Source: Promethearchaeota archaeon (lineage in GTDB: Archaea > Asgardarchaeota > Lokiarchaeia > Sigyniarchaeales > SOKP01). Taken from it: a stretch of 64,000 nt of DNA. The position numbers and the translations under genes are program-made. The stretch's first letter is position 1; each line of letters begins with the position of its first letter. The DNA lies in NCBI GenBank assembly GCA_030603385.1, contig JAUVXW010000018.1, positions 8,499-72,498 on the forward strand, read 5' to 3'. This document shows, piece by piece, positions 1 to 10,081 of this stretch. The notes below the pieces were generated by a model that searched no databases, had not been told where the DNA came from, and worked only from the letters and a program-made list of their open reading frames with translations.

Positions 1-141
1 TTATATTTTCTTTATTGATAATTAAGTAAATTTTAAACTGTTAACTATATATAAGTTTTTTACTCAAGGCTAATCAAAAAGAATTAAAGTTATAATATAT
101 TTTAAAATCCAAGCTTTATTAAATTCATATTTGATTACTTC

Positions 142-318
142 ATGAGCTCTTATAGAAAGAATACCTGTTTTGGTTGTGGGAGGCCTATAACTCCATTCGA
201 ATCTGCTGTGCACTTTCCTTGTCCTCAATGTGGAGATGTTACTATTTGGAGATGTGAACGCTGTAGAGTATCAGGAAACTCCTTTCGTTGTTTAAAATGT
301 GATTTTGAAGGACCTTAG
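142..318 (+). CDS. Small zinc-ribbon protein (DUF1610/HVO_2753 family), 58 aa, absent from the ORF track
   Basis: Manual translation MSSYRKNTCFGCGRPITPFESAVHFPCPQCGDVTIWRCERCRVSGNSFRCLKCDFEGP: four CxxC pairs and C-terminal FEGP; directly upstream of EF-1beta as in other archaea. Confidence 0.9.
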   Translation: MSSYRKNTCFGCGRPITPFESAVHFPCPQCGDVTIWRCERCRVSGNSFRCLKCDFEGP

Positions 319-344
319 AGAAATAAATAGGGTATTTGATTATA

Positions 345-611
345 ATGGGAGAATTTATAGCTTTAATTGATGTTGTTCCAGAAGATACAGATGTTAATTT
401 TGATGTCTTTGTAGGTAAATTAAAAGAAATATTACCTGAGACTTGTACTCTCGAACGTTATGATATACTTCCCGTTGCATTTGGTTTGAACAAAGCGAGG
501 GTAAGAGTGAGATATCCTGAGGAATGGGGTGGTACAGATAAGCTTGAGGAATTGTTTGGTCAAGTTGAGGGTATACAAGGTATAGAAGCTATTGCTTTTT
601 CAAAAGCATAA
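345..611 (+). CDS. ef1b: Translation elongation factor aEF-1beta
   Basis: PVAFGL motif, GGTDKLEE, ~88 aa; ATG at 345 preferred to TTG at 336. Confidence 0.9.
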   Translation: MGEFIALIDVVPEDTDVNFDVFVGKLKEILPETCTLERYDILPVAFGLNKARVRVRYPEEWGGTDKLEELFGQVEGIQGIEAIAFSKA

Positions 612-627
612 AATATCTCTGTTTTTT

Positions 628-2478
628 TTAACCTGTTCTTTTAAATAGTTTATCTAATTCATTGTATGACAGGAACCTTAAAGTAGGCCTTCCATGAGCA
701 CAATGATAAGAATCTTTACAGGCTGCTAAATCTATAAGTAGATTTCGTATGTCATTTAAGGATAAATCATCTCCTCCTCTAATAGATTTATGACAAGCTA
801 GATAGTTAATAATTTCTTCTTTTACTTCTTTGAAGCTTTTATCCTTTCCTATTTCAGTAATATCACTAATAATTTCTTTAATAATATTAATATCAGGAAG
901 TTTATTCATTATTGTAGGGATTTCTCTCAAAATAAAAGTATTTCCCCCGAAATGTTCAAAATCGAACCCAATCTTCTTAACTTCGTTTAAATTATCTTCT
1001 AAAAATATCTTATCACTAGGCGAAACATCAATTTTTAGGGGTTGGATTAATTTCTGTTTACTTACTTTGGCATTATCATACGCATTCAGAAGGTTTTCTT
1101 TTTTTATCCTTTCTGATGCTGCATGTTGATCTAAAATAAAGATTCCCTCTTCATTATTTTCATTAACTCCTTCTAAAACAATGTATATTTTATTTTGTAA
1201 TTGGCCTGTATAAGAAATTAAACGAATTTTTGGAAAATCATTCGAAGTTATGTATTTTCCTCTAATATAAGAGTCAGGTAAAGATTTTTTTCCGAATTTT
1301 TTTTCAACTACTTGATCCATTAGATCTAATTGGACGCCGTCTACAATTACTTCTTTTTCGTCTTCTAATATCTCCTGTATCTCTTCTAAGGATTCTTCGA
1401 TATCACCTAATTCTCTTTCATTTTTTGGAATGAAACCATCTAATTCAGTAGAGATATATTTTGCTTCTTTATCTATAAATTTTTCTTCAATAAAACCTCG
1501 TATTATGTTGTATACCTTATTGTATAATGCCTCTTCTTTTTCAAATCTAACATGGAGTTTTTTTGGATGAACATTAAAATCTAAAACCATTGGGTCAAGT
1601 TCCAGAAATAATACAAAAAAAGGGTATTTATTTATCATCAGAGTTCCTTCATAAGCTTCCTTTATTGCTCTAAATAAGACATCACTAATAACATAACGAT
1701 TATTAATGAATAAGCTTGAATAATTTCTACTTTTTTTAGCAATTTGTGGATGTCCTAATAATCCATACATTTTTATAAAAGGATCTTTTTCAATATACTC
1801 TACTGATTCCATAAATTTAGCGATTTTTCTTCCATAAATATGAAATACTGTCGTTTTTACATCATTATTAACAGGACAGTTTAAAATATCTAAATCATTA
1901 TGACGATAAATGAAATGGAGTTTAGGGAATGCCAACGAGTATCTTTGCATGAAGTCTGTAATATGGCTAAGTTCTGTAGAATCTTTCTTTAAGAATTTCT
2001 GCCTTGCAGGGATATTATAAAAAATTTTTTTAACCTTGATATTTGTTCCTACTTGGCATGAAACTTCTTTTTTACTTATAACTTTTCCTCCTTCTATATT
2101 TAATTGCACACCCCTTTCATTCTGGCTAGTTCTTGAAATAATCTCAACTTGACTTACGGCAGCAATACTCGCAAGTGCCTCACCTCGAAATCCTAAAGTA
2201 GAAAGGGTATCAAGATCTTCAATACTCCTAATTTTACTACTGGTATGTCTTTCAAATGCAACTTCTATATCTTCAGGTGAAATACCTAAGCCATCATCAA
2301 TTACTTGTATTAAAGTTTTACCTGCTTTTCTGACAATCACTCTTATTTCTTTTGCTCCAGCATCAATACTATTTTCAATAAGCTCTTTCACAATATTAGC
2401 AGGCCTTTCAACCACTTCCCCTGCGGCTATTTTTTCAGCATCCAATATCTTTCTTATTTTCGCATATTTCACAATCAT
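628..2478 (-). CDS. mutL: DNA mismatch repair endonuclease MutL
   Basis: IAAGEVVERP, KELIENSIDAGA, GFRGEALASI (GHKL ATPase); C-terminal DQHAASERIKKE, ACH, CAHGRP endonuclease motifs; ATG at 2478 chosen. Confidence 0.97.
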   Translation of the reverse strand: MIVKYAKIRKILDAEKIAAGEVVERPANIVKELIENSIDAGAKEIRVIVRKAGKTLIQVIDDGLGISPEDIEVAFERHTSSKIRSIEDLDTLSTLGFRGEALASIAAVSQVEIISRTSQNERGVQLNIEGGKVISKKEVSCQVGTNIKVKKIFYNIPARQKFLKKDSTELSHITDFMQRYSLAFPKLHFIYRHNDLDILNCPVNNDVKTTVFHIYGRKIAKFMESVEYIEKDPFIKMYGLLGHPQIAKKSRNYSSLFINNRYVISDVLFRAIKEAYEGTLMINKYPFFVLFLELDPMVLDFNVHPKKLHVRFEKEEALYNKVYNIIRGFIEEKFIDKEAKYISTELDGFIPKNERELGDIEESLEEIQEILEDEKEVIVDGVQLDLMDQVVEKKFGKKSLPDSYIRGKYITSNDFPKIRLISYTGQLQNKIYIVLEGVNENNEEGIFILDQHAASERIKKENLLNAYDNAKVSKQKLIQPLKIDVSPSDKIFLEDNLNEVKKIGFDFEHFGGNTFILREIPTIMNKLPDINIIKEIISDITEIGKDKSFKEVKEEIINYLACHKSIRGGDDLSLNDIRNLLIDLAACKDSYHCAHGRPTLRFLSYNELDKLFKRTG

Positions 2479-2680
2479 ATCAAAGTTTCTACAATTTTTC
2501 TTCAAGGAATTTATAATTCTTTAAACCTATTATATTTCACATTACAATCAAATTTAAAATAATACTCTATTAAGGTTTAAATAAATCTTACTCAAAAGCC
2601 TATAAGTAAGTCTTTTAAATTTCCTTTAATATATAAAAGTAATTTACATAGGAACAAAAACGGGAAATTAATAATTAGTT

Positions 2681-3592
2681 ATGAGTAATGAGAAAGAATA
2701 TCCAATTCACAAGTATTTCATTTTCATTTTTGTAGCAATCACAATTTCTTTTATTATTTTGAGGGTAATCTTATATTTCTTTGAAATTTCACCTTGGATA
2801 GAAGAAACAAAAGATGTTGATTTTAAAATCTTATTAGAGGGCATGGAAAACGGTCTAATTGATTTCTATGACCCTATAACCACATCCGATTGGCCTCCGT
2901 ATTATCTTTATTTTTGGTATTATTTATTTTTCTATATATTCATTATTCCTACAGAGGGTTTAATAGGTGTGTATGTTTGGGATGTGTTAAGATTGATTTT
3001 AATAATTTTAGTAATAAAAGAATCGCCTAAAGTGTTTAAAAATAAAAAAGATTTGCTCATTTTTTATATATTCGGTACAGTCGGCTATAGTATCGATGCC
3101 TATTATAATAATGTAAATTTCCTAATTGTATTCCTTTTGTTTTATTCATTTGTATATTTAGAAAAAGACAAAAAATGGATTGCTGGTATTCTCTTTACTC
3201 TTGCGTCTTTTAAAATAACTGCGATTTTATTTGTTCCTGTTTTATTGATAGCTAGAAAAATTAAATTTAAGGATCTCATCTACTATTTAATCCCTTTTGC
3301 AATTATATGCATTCCATATATGATTTTTCCTGATTACTTCTTTCAAATGGTAACAAATTGGGGTCACAGTGATGCTGAAATTCAGGGAATTTTAATTATT
3401 GATTCAATTATTTGGAAAGCTTTACAACCTTCTCATTTAATGTTTATAGCTCTATTATTGATAATCTTTTTAGAAAATATTAAAACCGAAGAGATGAAGA
3501 ACCTTTACCGGATAATTCTAGTTTCAATAATAACGCTATATTATATTTATCTGACTACGGTCGTTTTTATCCTTCCTGTCGTTTTAGGTTAG
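2681..3592 (+). CDS. Polytopic membrane protein, GT-C / glycosyltransferase family 87 (DUF2029)-like
   Basis: About 8 hydrophobic segments; DF...FY...PPYY, NNVN and AGILFTLASFK motifs resemble GT87. Confidence 0.6.
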   Translation: MSNEKEYPIHKYFIFIFVAITISFIILRVILYFFEISPWIEETKDVDFKILLEGMENGLIDFYDPITTSDWPPYYLYFWYYLFFYIFIIPTEGLIGVYVWDVLRLILIILVIKESPKVFKNKKDLLIFYIFGTVGYSIDAYYNNVNFLIVFLLFYSFVYLEKDKKWIAGILFTLASFKITAILFVPVLLIARKIKFKDLIYYLIPFAIICIPYMIFPDYFFQMVTNWGHSDAEIQGILIIDSIIWKALQPSHLMFIALLLIIFLENIKTEEMKNLYRIILVSIITLYYIYLTTVVFILPVVLG

Positions 3593-3711
3593 ATATATTT
3601 CTCTACTTTCTTTTTGAGTTCAATTATTTTCTCTTTTAAATTATCAGGCGGTAGGCTATCTATATCTAATTCTTTAAGATTATTTTCCAAATTGAATAGG
3701 TTCTCATTCAT
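3589..3711 (-). CDS. 40 aa ORF matching the MutS C-terminal oligomerisation domain, in the -1 frame relative to mutS
   Basis: MNENLFNLENNLKELDIDSLPPDNLKEKIIELKKKVEKYI; its ATG overlaps the mutS TGA (ATGA). Confidence 0.7.
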   Translation of the reverse strand: MNENLFNLENNLKELDIDSLPPDNLKEKIIELKKKVEKYI

Positions 3712-6470
3712 TTTTCTTTCTTTATAGAAGGTTCAAATAAACTTGTTTGCACATATTTTTTCTTAGCTGAAGCTTTACTTTGAGAAGCTTTTGCTTCATT
3801 TGCTTTAATTTTAGTATCTAATTCCTTCATCTCATTTTTCTTTCTGGCTAGCTCTTTTCCTTTTCTTGTTAATTCCTCATCTGAAATTTCTAATTTCTCT
3901 TTGATCAAATTTAATTCCGAGTTTAATTTTTCAAGTTCATGTTTTTTGCCATTAATAACTTTATCATAATATTTACCTGAGGAAACTTTATTGCCATTTT
4001 CTCTAACTGTCGTTCTGAAAGGATCCTTTTCTTCTATTTGTTCAAGAAGCTCAAATGCCCTTATAATAACATCATCAGGAATCCCTGCTAATTTTGCTAC
4101 ATGAATTCCATAGGATTTATCAGTACTGCCAAGTTTTAATTCTCTAACAAAATTAATACTACCATCATCATTCTCAATTATATCTAAATGATAATTTTTT
4201 ACTCTTGGTAAGTTTATTTCTGTTAATTGATGATAATGAGTGCTAAAAAGAGTTTTAATATTTAATTGATTAAGTTTTTCAAGAGTAGCCATTGCGATAC
4301 TCTGCCCATCACTTGTACTAGTTCCTCTACCCAGTTCATCGATAATTATCAGGCTTTTTGGCGTGGCATAATTTAAAATTTTAGCTGTCTCAGTCATCTC
4401 AATCATAAATGTACTTAATTTTCTCGCTAGATCGTCTGAAGCTCCGATACGTGTAAAAATTTGATCGATTATTCCAATCGTGGCAGATTTTGCAGGAACA
4501 AAGCACCCCATTTGCGCAATTATACAAATTAAGGCCACTTGTCTGAGATAAGTACTTTTACCCGCCATATTGGGGCCTGTAATAATTAATAATTGATTAG
4601 TTTCATTATCTAAGAGACAATCGTTGGGAATGAATTTTTCAGTGATATTCAATTGTTCGACAACGGGATGTCTTCCCTCCTTAATAATAATTTTTGAATC
4701 ATTATTAACAATTGGTCTGCAATAATCATATTTCTCAGCAATTTCAGCAAAACAAGCTAGAACATCTATTACCGCAATATTTCTAGCTGTTTCAAGGATA
4801 TTTTCTGTTTCTTTCTCTACCTTACCACGTATCTCATTAAAGATCTCAAATTCTAAATTACCAATTTGTTCTTCAGCATTCACGATTTTTTCTTCTAATG
4901 TTTTCAAAATCTCCGTTGTAAATCTTTTTGCATTTTTTAAGGTTGCTCTTTCTACATAATCCTCAGGCACTTTGGAGATTATTTGTAAAGTTCTCAATGT
5001 TATTTCAATATAATATCCAAGAATATTGTTAAAACCCACTTTGAACCCTGAAGTCAAATTCCACCTTTTTCTCTGCTCTTCTTCATATTTTAAGACATAT
5101 TTTTTTCCATTATTAAGGATATCTCTCAGCTTATCAACGTCCTCATTAAAGCCATCTTTGACAATATTACCTTCTCTAATCGTGGTTGGGGGGTTTTCTT
5201 TGATTGTATTTTCAATAAGATCTTTAACTTTATTAAAAGGTTTAATGTTCTCCATGAATTGTGAAATTTCAGGTATATCTGCTTTTACTAAAATTTCCTT
5301 AATTTTTGGGATTTTTTCTAATGAGTGCTTAATATTAATTAAATCGCGTGCATTAGTTCGTCCAGAATAATTTAGTTTATTAATAATTCTTTCAAGATCA
5401 CCTAATAATTTTAATTCTTCCCTTAAATCAGATCTCAGAAAGATATCATCCTTAAATTTCTGAACTATTTTTAGTCTGTCGTTAATTTGGTTAATGTCAG
5501 TTAACGGTTGCAAAATGAATTTTCTCAACAACCTTGCTCCCATAGGTGTATGAGTGTGGCTGAATACACTATATAAGGTAAAATCTTTACCTTTTTCCCA
5601 TAAGGAATGAATTAACTCTAAATTTCTCTGGGTTATATAATCTAAATGTAAAATATTTTTCTCTTGAATTACATTAATCTTAAATATGTTTGGTACAATA
5701 TCTCTCTGGGTTTCCTTTAAAAAAGCTAAAAGTCCACCCGCAGCCTGAATTGCCAACTTTTTTCCTTCTAATCCAAAACCTTCTAAATTAGAAACTTTGA
5801 AATGGCGTGTTAAAAGAGTATATGCTTCATCATAATTAAAAACATATTCTTCATATGTTTTTATAATTGCATCTGTTAAATCAGTTAATATGAGGAAAAA
5901 TCTTTCATCTTGTTTGAGTTCTTGAGGAATAATTAATTCAGCAGGATCATATTGGGAAAAGATGCTGAGTAATCTCTCTTGAGGATTTTCCTCTTTAGTA
6001 GAAAACTCAACAGTCGCAAATTCTCCAGTCGAAATGTCTGTAAACGCAACAGCAAAACCTGTTCTTTCTTTAATCATCGATGCCAGATAATTATTTCTAT
6101 TTGCGTTTAACATATTAGGTTCGATAATAGTTCCTGGAGATAAGATTCGAGTAATTCCCCTCTTTACAATCCGACCTTTTACTGTTGCTGGATCTTCTAA
6201 CTGATCAACTATTACTACAGTTTGATTAAGATTTATAAGATTATTAAAATAGTTATGACCTGAATGGTGTGGGATTCCAGCCAATGGTACATCTCCTCTT
6301 TTTGTCAATGTGATCCCTAAAAGTTTTGAAATTCTTTCAGCATCATCATAGAAAAACTCGAAGAAATCACCCATTCGATAGGAAATTAGGTAATCTGAAG
6401 GAAATCGTTTACGAATAGAGTACCAATGCTTTAACATAGGAGTTAGTTTCTTTTCGTTTATTTCCTTCAT
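3708..6470 (-). CDS. mutS: DNA mismatch repair protein MutS (MutS1)
   Basis: TPML, RMGDFFEFF mismatch-binding motif, ITGPNMAGKSTYLRQ Walker A, STFMIEM, IDELGRGT, SYGIHVAKLAG. Confidence 0.97.
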   Translation of the reverse strand: MKEINEKKLTPMLKHWYSIRKRFPSDYLISYRMGDFFEFFYDDAERISKLLGITLTKRGDVPLAGIPHHSGHNYFNNLINLNQTVVIVDQLEDPATVKGRIVKRGITRILSPGTIIEPNMLNANRNNYLASMIKERTGFAVAFTDISTGEFATVEFSTKEENPQERLLSIFSQYDPAELIIPQELKQDERFFLILTDLTDAIIKTYEEYVFNYDEAYTLLTRHFKVSNLEGFGLEGKKLAIQAAGGLLAFLKETQRDIVPNIFKINVIQEKNILHLDYITQRNLELIHSLWEKGKDFTLYSVFSHTHTPMGARLLRKFILQPLTDINQINDRLKIVQKFKDDIFLRSDLREELKLLGDLERIINKLNYSGRTNARDLINIKHSLEKIPKIKEILVKADIPEISQFMENIKPFNKVKDLIENTIKENPPTTIREGNIVKDGFNEDVDKLRDILNNGKKYVLKYEEEQRKRWNLTSGFKVGFNNILGYYIEITLRTLQIISKVPEDYVERATLKNAKRFTTEILKTLEEKIVNAEEQIGNLEFEIFNEIRGKVEKETENILETARNIAVIDVLACFAEIAEKYDYCRPIVNNDSKIIIKEGRHPVVEQLNITEKFIPNDCLLDNETNQLLIITGPNMAGKSTYLRQVALICIIAQMGCFVPAKSATIGIIDQIFTRIGASDDLARKLSTFMIEMTETAKILNYATPKSLIIIDELGRGTSTSDGQSIAMATLEKLNQLNIKTLFSTHYHQLTEINLPRVKNYHLDIIENDDGSINFVRELKLGSTDKSYGIHVAKLAGIPDDVIIRAFELLEQIEEKDPFRTTVRENGNKVSSGKYYDKVINGKKHELEKLNSELNLIKEKLEISDEELTRKGKELARKKNEMKELDTKIKANEAKASQSKASAKKKYVQTSLFEPSIKKEK

Positions 6471-6782
6471 AATTAGCTCATTTAAGAGTTAGGCGATATT
6501 ATTACTACATATAATCCATTATAACAGTAATTTTATATTAACTGTATTTGTTAAAATTTTAATAACAATAACAAATAAGATAATTAGGTTTTTTATTATT
6601 CCTCAGACTCTTCCAAAATATCATGAAACAATAATATAAATTTGATACTCAAATCCAAGGATAAATTCACTCAACATATTTATATCCTAATTTTTCTTGT
6701 AGTTTTCGTTAAGAAACGTAAAATAAATAAATATTTTCCTCTTAAGATAAAATAATTTTAGAATTCATATTGATGATTTTTT

Positions 6783-7862
6783 ATGCCAGAAAAAATTAAT
6801 TTAGCTATTGTTGGTATAGGTAATGCCGCATCTGCTTTAATCCAAGGTATTGAATATTATAAAGACGGTTCAAACGATAGTGGATTACTCCGTCCAACTC
6901 TTGCGGGATACCATGTCTCTGATATTGAAATTGTTGCTGCTGTAGATATTTCAGAAAAAAAAGTAGGGAAAAACGTTACCGAAGCGATTTATGAAAATGA
7001 ATTAGATATTTTGGTTGATTTTCAAAATGAAGTTAAAATTCCTGTTGTAATGGGAAACATATTAGATGGTGTTATTGTTGAGACTGAAAGAAGTATCAAT
7101 CCAGCAAATGTCGCGTCTAAGGATATTGCAGAATATTTTAGATCAACTAGAGCAGAAATAGTTTTATGTTTATTACCTTCTGGGGCAGATAATGCGGTCA
7201 AATTCTATGCAAATGAAACTATTAAGGCTAAATGTGCTTTTATTAATGCTACTCCTACAAAAATTGCAACTGATAAGGAATTTGCTAAAAAATTTGATGA
7301 TAGTGGTTTACCGTTAATTGGAGATGACTTACAAGACCAGTTTGGTGCAACAATTTTGCATAAAATGATCATTCAACAGATGTTAGATAGAGGAATTGAT
7401 ATAAAAGAAAGTTATGCCCTCGATGTAGGTGGTGGTGCTGAAAGCTTAAATACAATTTATCGAGCACGAGAGATTAAACGAGAAATCAAGAGCATGTCTG
7501 TGACAGGTGCATTAAATATAGATGTCCCAATTGTTGCAGGTACTTCTGATTGGGTGGAATTTCTTAATAATAAAAGGAATTCCATGCTCTGGATTGTAGG
7601 GAAAGGATTTTTAGGTTCTGATATCATAATGGATATTAAGATTCAAACTGAAGATGGGCCTAATGGTGGTTCAGTATTAGCTGATGTGATTCGAGCTACT
7701 AAAGTGGCTATAAATCAAGGTGCTAAAGGTTCTATAGATGAAATTTCTGCATATGGATTCAAAAATCCACCAAGATCTATGAAAAATCCAGCAGAAGCTA
7801 ATAAAAACTTAGCTAACTTTATTTTAGGAATAAATAGGAGGAATAAAATCCATGAAAGATAA
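6783..7862 (+). CDS. myo-inositol-1-phosphate synthase paralogue (divergent)
   Basis: GIGNAASALIQGIEYY Rossmann motif, GDD...GATILH, FKNPP; several catalytic positions altered. Confidence 0.8.
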   Translation: MPEKINLAIVGIGNAASALIQGIEYYKDGSNDSGLLRPTLAGYHVSDIEIVAAVDISEKKVGKNVTEAIYENELDILVDFQNEVKIPVVMGNILDGVIVETERSINPANVASKDIAEYFRSTRAEIVLCLLPSGADNAVKFYANETIKAKCAFINATPTKIATDKEFAKKFDDSGLPLIGDDLQDQFGATILHKMIIQQMLDRGIDIKESYALDVGGGAESLNTIYRAREIKREIKSMSVTGALNIDVPIVAGTSDWVEFLNNKRNSMLWIVGKGFLGSDIIMDIKIQTEDGPNGGSVLADVIRATKVAINQGAKGSIDEISAYGFKNPPRSMKNPAEANKNLANFILGINRRNKIHER

Positions 7863-8997
7863 TTCTGGAAAAAAAGAAATTCGAGTTGCTTTAGCGGGGC
7901 TTGGAAATTGTGCATCTGCCTTAATTCAAGGTATTGAATACTACAAGAATGTCAAGGAAGAAGATCTATACATTAACGGTATAATGAATCCAAGTATAGG
8001 TGGATATCTACCTCGCCATATTAAGGTAGTTGTTGCTTTTGATGTAGCTACAACAAAAATAAATAAAGATATTTCAGAAGCAATATATGCTGAGCCCAAT
8101 TGCTGCCAAATGATTATAAAACCAGATGAAATGCCTAAAACTGACGCTTTATGTTTTCCTGGTCCTATTTCAGATGGATGTTATGAAAGTAAAGATGGTC
8201 GTATATCCACTTTCGATTACTTTAAGGCTTATGATGAGAGCAAAGTAAAACCTGTTAATATCGCTCAGACATTAAAAGACAAGGGGGCAGAAATTTTAAT
8301 TAATCTTTTACCTGTTGGAAGCCATAAAGCCTCTAGAATCTATGCTCAAGCGGCTATTGATGCAGATTGTGGATTTATAAATGGCATACCTGAGTTTATT
8401 GTTTCTGAGCATATCGAAGGTGATCAAGACTGGGTTGCTGAATTTGAATCAAAGGGATTGCCTTGTGCTGGAGATGATATCAAGTCCCAAGTAGGGGCTA
8501 CTCTAACACATAGAGTTTTAGCCAAGATGTTTCTAGATAGAGGAGTAGTTATTAATGATACATATCAATTAAATATAGGGGGAAATGGTGATTTTTATAA
8601 TATGAAATTCGAAAATCGTTTAAGAACAAAGCGAAAATCTAAAACTTCTGCAGTCGCTTCGGTTCTCCCATATCCCATTAATTGTCGAATTGGGCCAAGT
8701 GATTATGTTCCTTTCCTTGAAGATAAAAAGGTTTGTTATATAAGGATAAATGGGACTACTTATGGTAATTTACCATTAGTCATGGATGTAAAACTTCGGG
8801 TTGAGGACTCCCCAAATTCTGCTGGAGTTTTATTAGATATAATTCGGGTCATGAAACTTGCATTAGATCGAGGAATTTCCGGACGATTAGAAAGTATTAG
8901 CTCATTTAGTTTTAAACACCCTCATCTTCAACCACCTTCAGACGTAATTGCTAAACAATGGGTTGCTGAATTTATCGAAGGCAAACGTGGGAGATAA
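7852..8997 (+). CDS. ino1: myo-inositol-1-phosphate synthase
   Basis: GLGNCASALIQG, GDDIKSQVGAT, YQLNIGGNGDF, KSKT, EDSPNSAG, FKHP. Confidence 0.93.
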   Translation: MKDNSGKKEIRVALAGLGNCASALIQGIEYYKNVKEEDLYINGIMNPSIGGYLPRHIKVVVAFDVATTKINKDISEAIYAEPNCCQMIIKPDEMPKTDALCFPGPISDGCYESKDGRISTFDYFKAYDESKVKPVNIAQTLKDKGAEILINLLPVGSHKASRIYAQAAIDADCGFINGIPEFIVSEHIEGDQDWVAEFESKGLPCAGDDIKSQVGATLTHRVLAKMFLDRGVVINDTYQLNIGGNGDFYNMKFENRLRTKRKSKTSAVASVLPYPINCRIGPSDYVPFLEDKKVCYIRINGTTYGNLPLVMDVKLRVEDSPNSAGVLLDIIRVMKLALDRGISGRLESISSFSFKHPHLQPPSDVIAKQWVAEFIEGKRGR

Positions 8998-9023
8998 GCC
9001 TAACATTCTTAAAGGAGAAAAGT

Positions 9024-9872
9024 TTATTTCAGATGCTTTTCTAGCCACACGTACATATCTTGATATACTTGAGCTCTTCCTTTTTCATTCCATAGCTCAT
9101 GAAGAAATCCTGCGTATTCTTTGTAGGTTTTATCTTTGCTCCTAACTTTATTGAAGAATTCTTCTGCTTTTTTCGTATCAACTATTTTATCATTGCCAGC
9201 TTGCATTATTAACACAGGACAAATTAAATTAGAGGCATTTTCCATGGCCCATTTTGTATATTTATCAATTTCAGAAGCAGATTTAGCCGAAATAACATCA
9301 ATTTTATGTTTATCAGCAATATGACTTCTTAATATTTTTAAATCGCTTGTTAATTGATTTTGATCAATTTCATTATTTAAAATCTTATTAGGTGATAATT
9401 TTGATATGGTGTTTGATATTGATTTGATAACTTTTTTACCTATTGATAATTTCATAAACATTCCTAATAATGGTGAAGAAATCAGTACTCCTGGTAATGC
9501 AGGGTGATTAATGGCAAAAATCAAGCTGATTAAACCTCCAAAAGAATGGCCCATTAAAAAGATTTTCTTATCTTTTGCAACCTCACGGACTGTATCCATA
9601 AATAAAACGATATCTTTTTGGATATGGTCCATACTATCAATGTGTCCAGGAATCTCACCAGTATTTCTATAATGTCCTCTAAAATCATATGCATAGACAG
9701 CATATCCTTTCTCTGTTAAATATTCAGCAGGCAGTTTCAATCTATCAGAATGAGTACCCCATCCATGAAAGGCAATTATGTAAGCTTTGATTTCCTCATC
9801 ATCAGGTAACCAATATTGATAGAATAATTTTTTTAATTCTCTTCCTTCAAAAAAACCCTCTACATTTTTCAT
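9024..9872 (-). CDS. Alpha/beta hydrolase, lysophospholipase/monoacylglycerol lipase family
   Basis: HGWG, DFRGH, GHSFGG nucleophile elbow, DKIV, HEL. Confidence 0.9.
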   Translation of the reverse strand: MKNVEGFFEGRELKKLFYQYWLPDDEEIKAYIIAFHGWGTHSDRLKLPAEYLTEKGYAVYAYDFRGHYRNTGEIPGHIDSMDHIQKDIVLFMDTVREVAKDKKIFLMGHSFGGLISLIFAINHPALPGVLISSPLLGMFMKLSIGKKVIKSISNTISKLSPNKILNNEIDQNQLTSDLKILRSHIADKHKIDVISAKSASEIDKYTKWAMENASNLICPVLIMQAGNDKIVDTKKAEEFFNKVRSKDKTYKEYAGFLHELWNEKGRAQVYQDMYVWLEKHLK

Positions 9873-10081
9873 TGCTTTATCACTTCAAATATTAATTAGA
9901 GAGAAGTTAGATAAATTATAATTAATAATATTAAAACTCTCTTATTATAATTGCTTTTAATTATTCTAAGATTTTGTGTTCTTTAAATAATATTACTCAT
10001 AAAAGAAATTTAAAAAAATTTTATATTATTCGGTAAACTTCATAATAAATAGCAAATATTCAATTTTCTTTGGCTTTTCAT

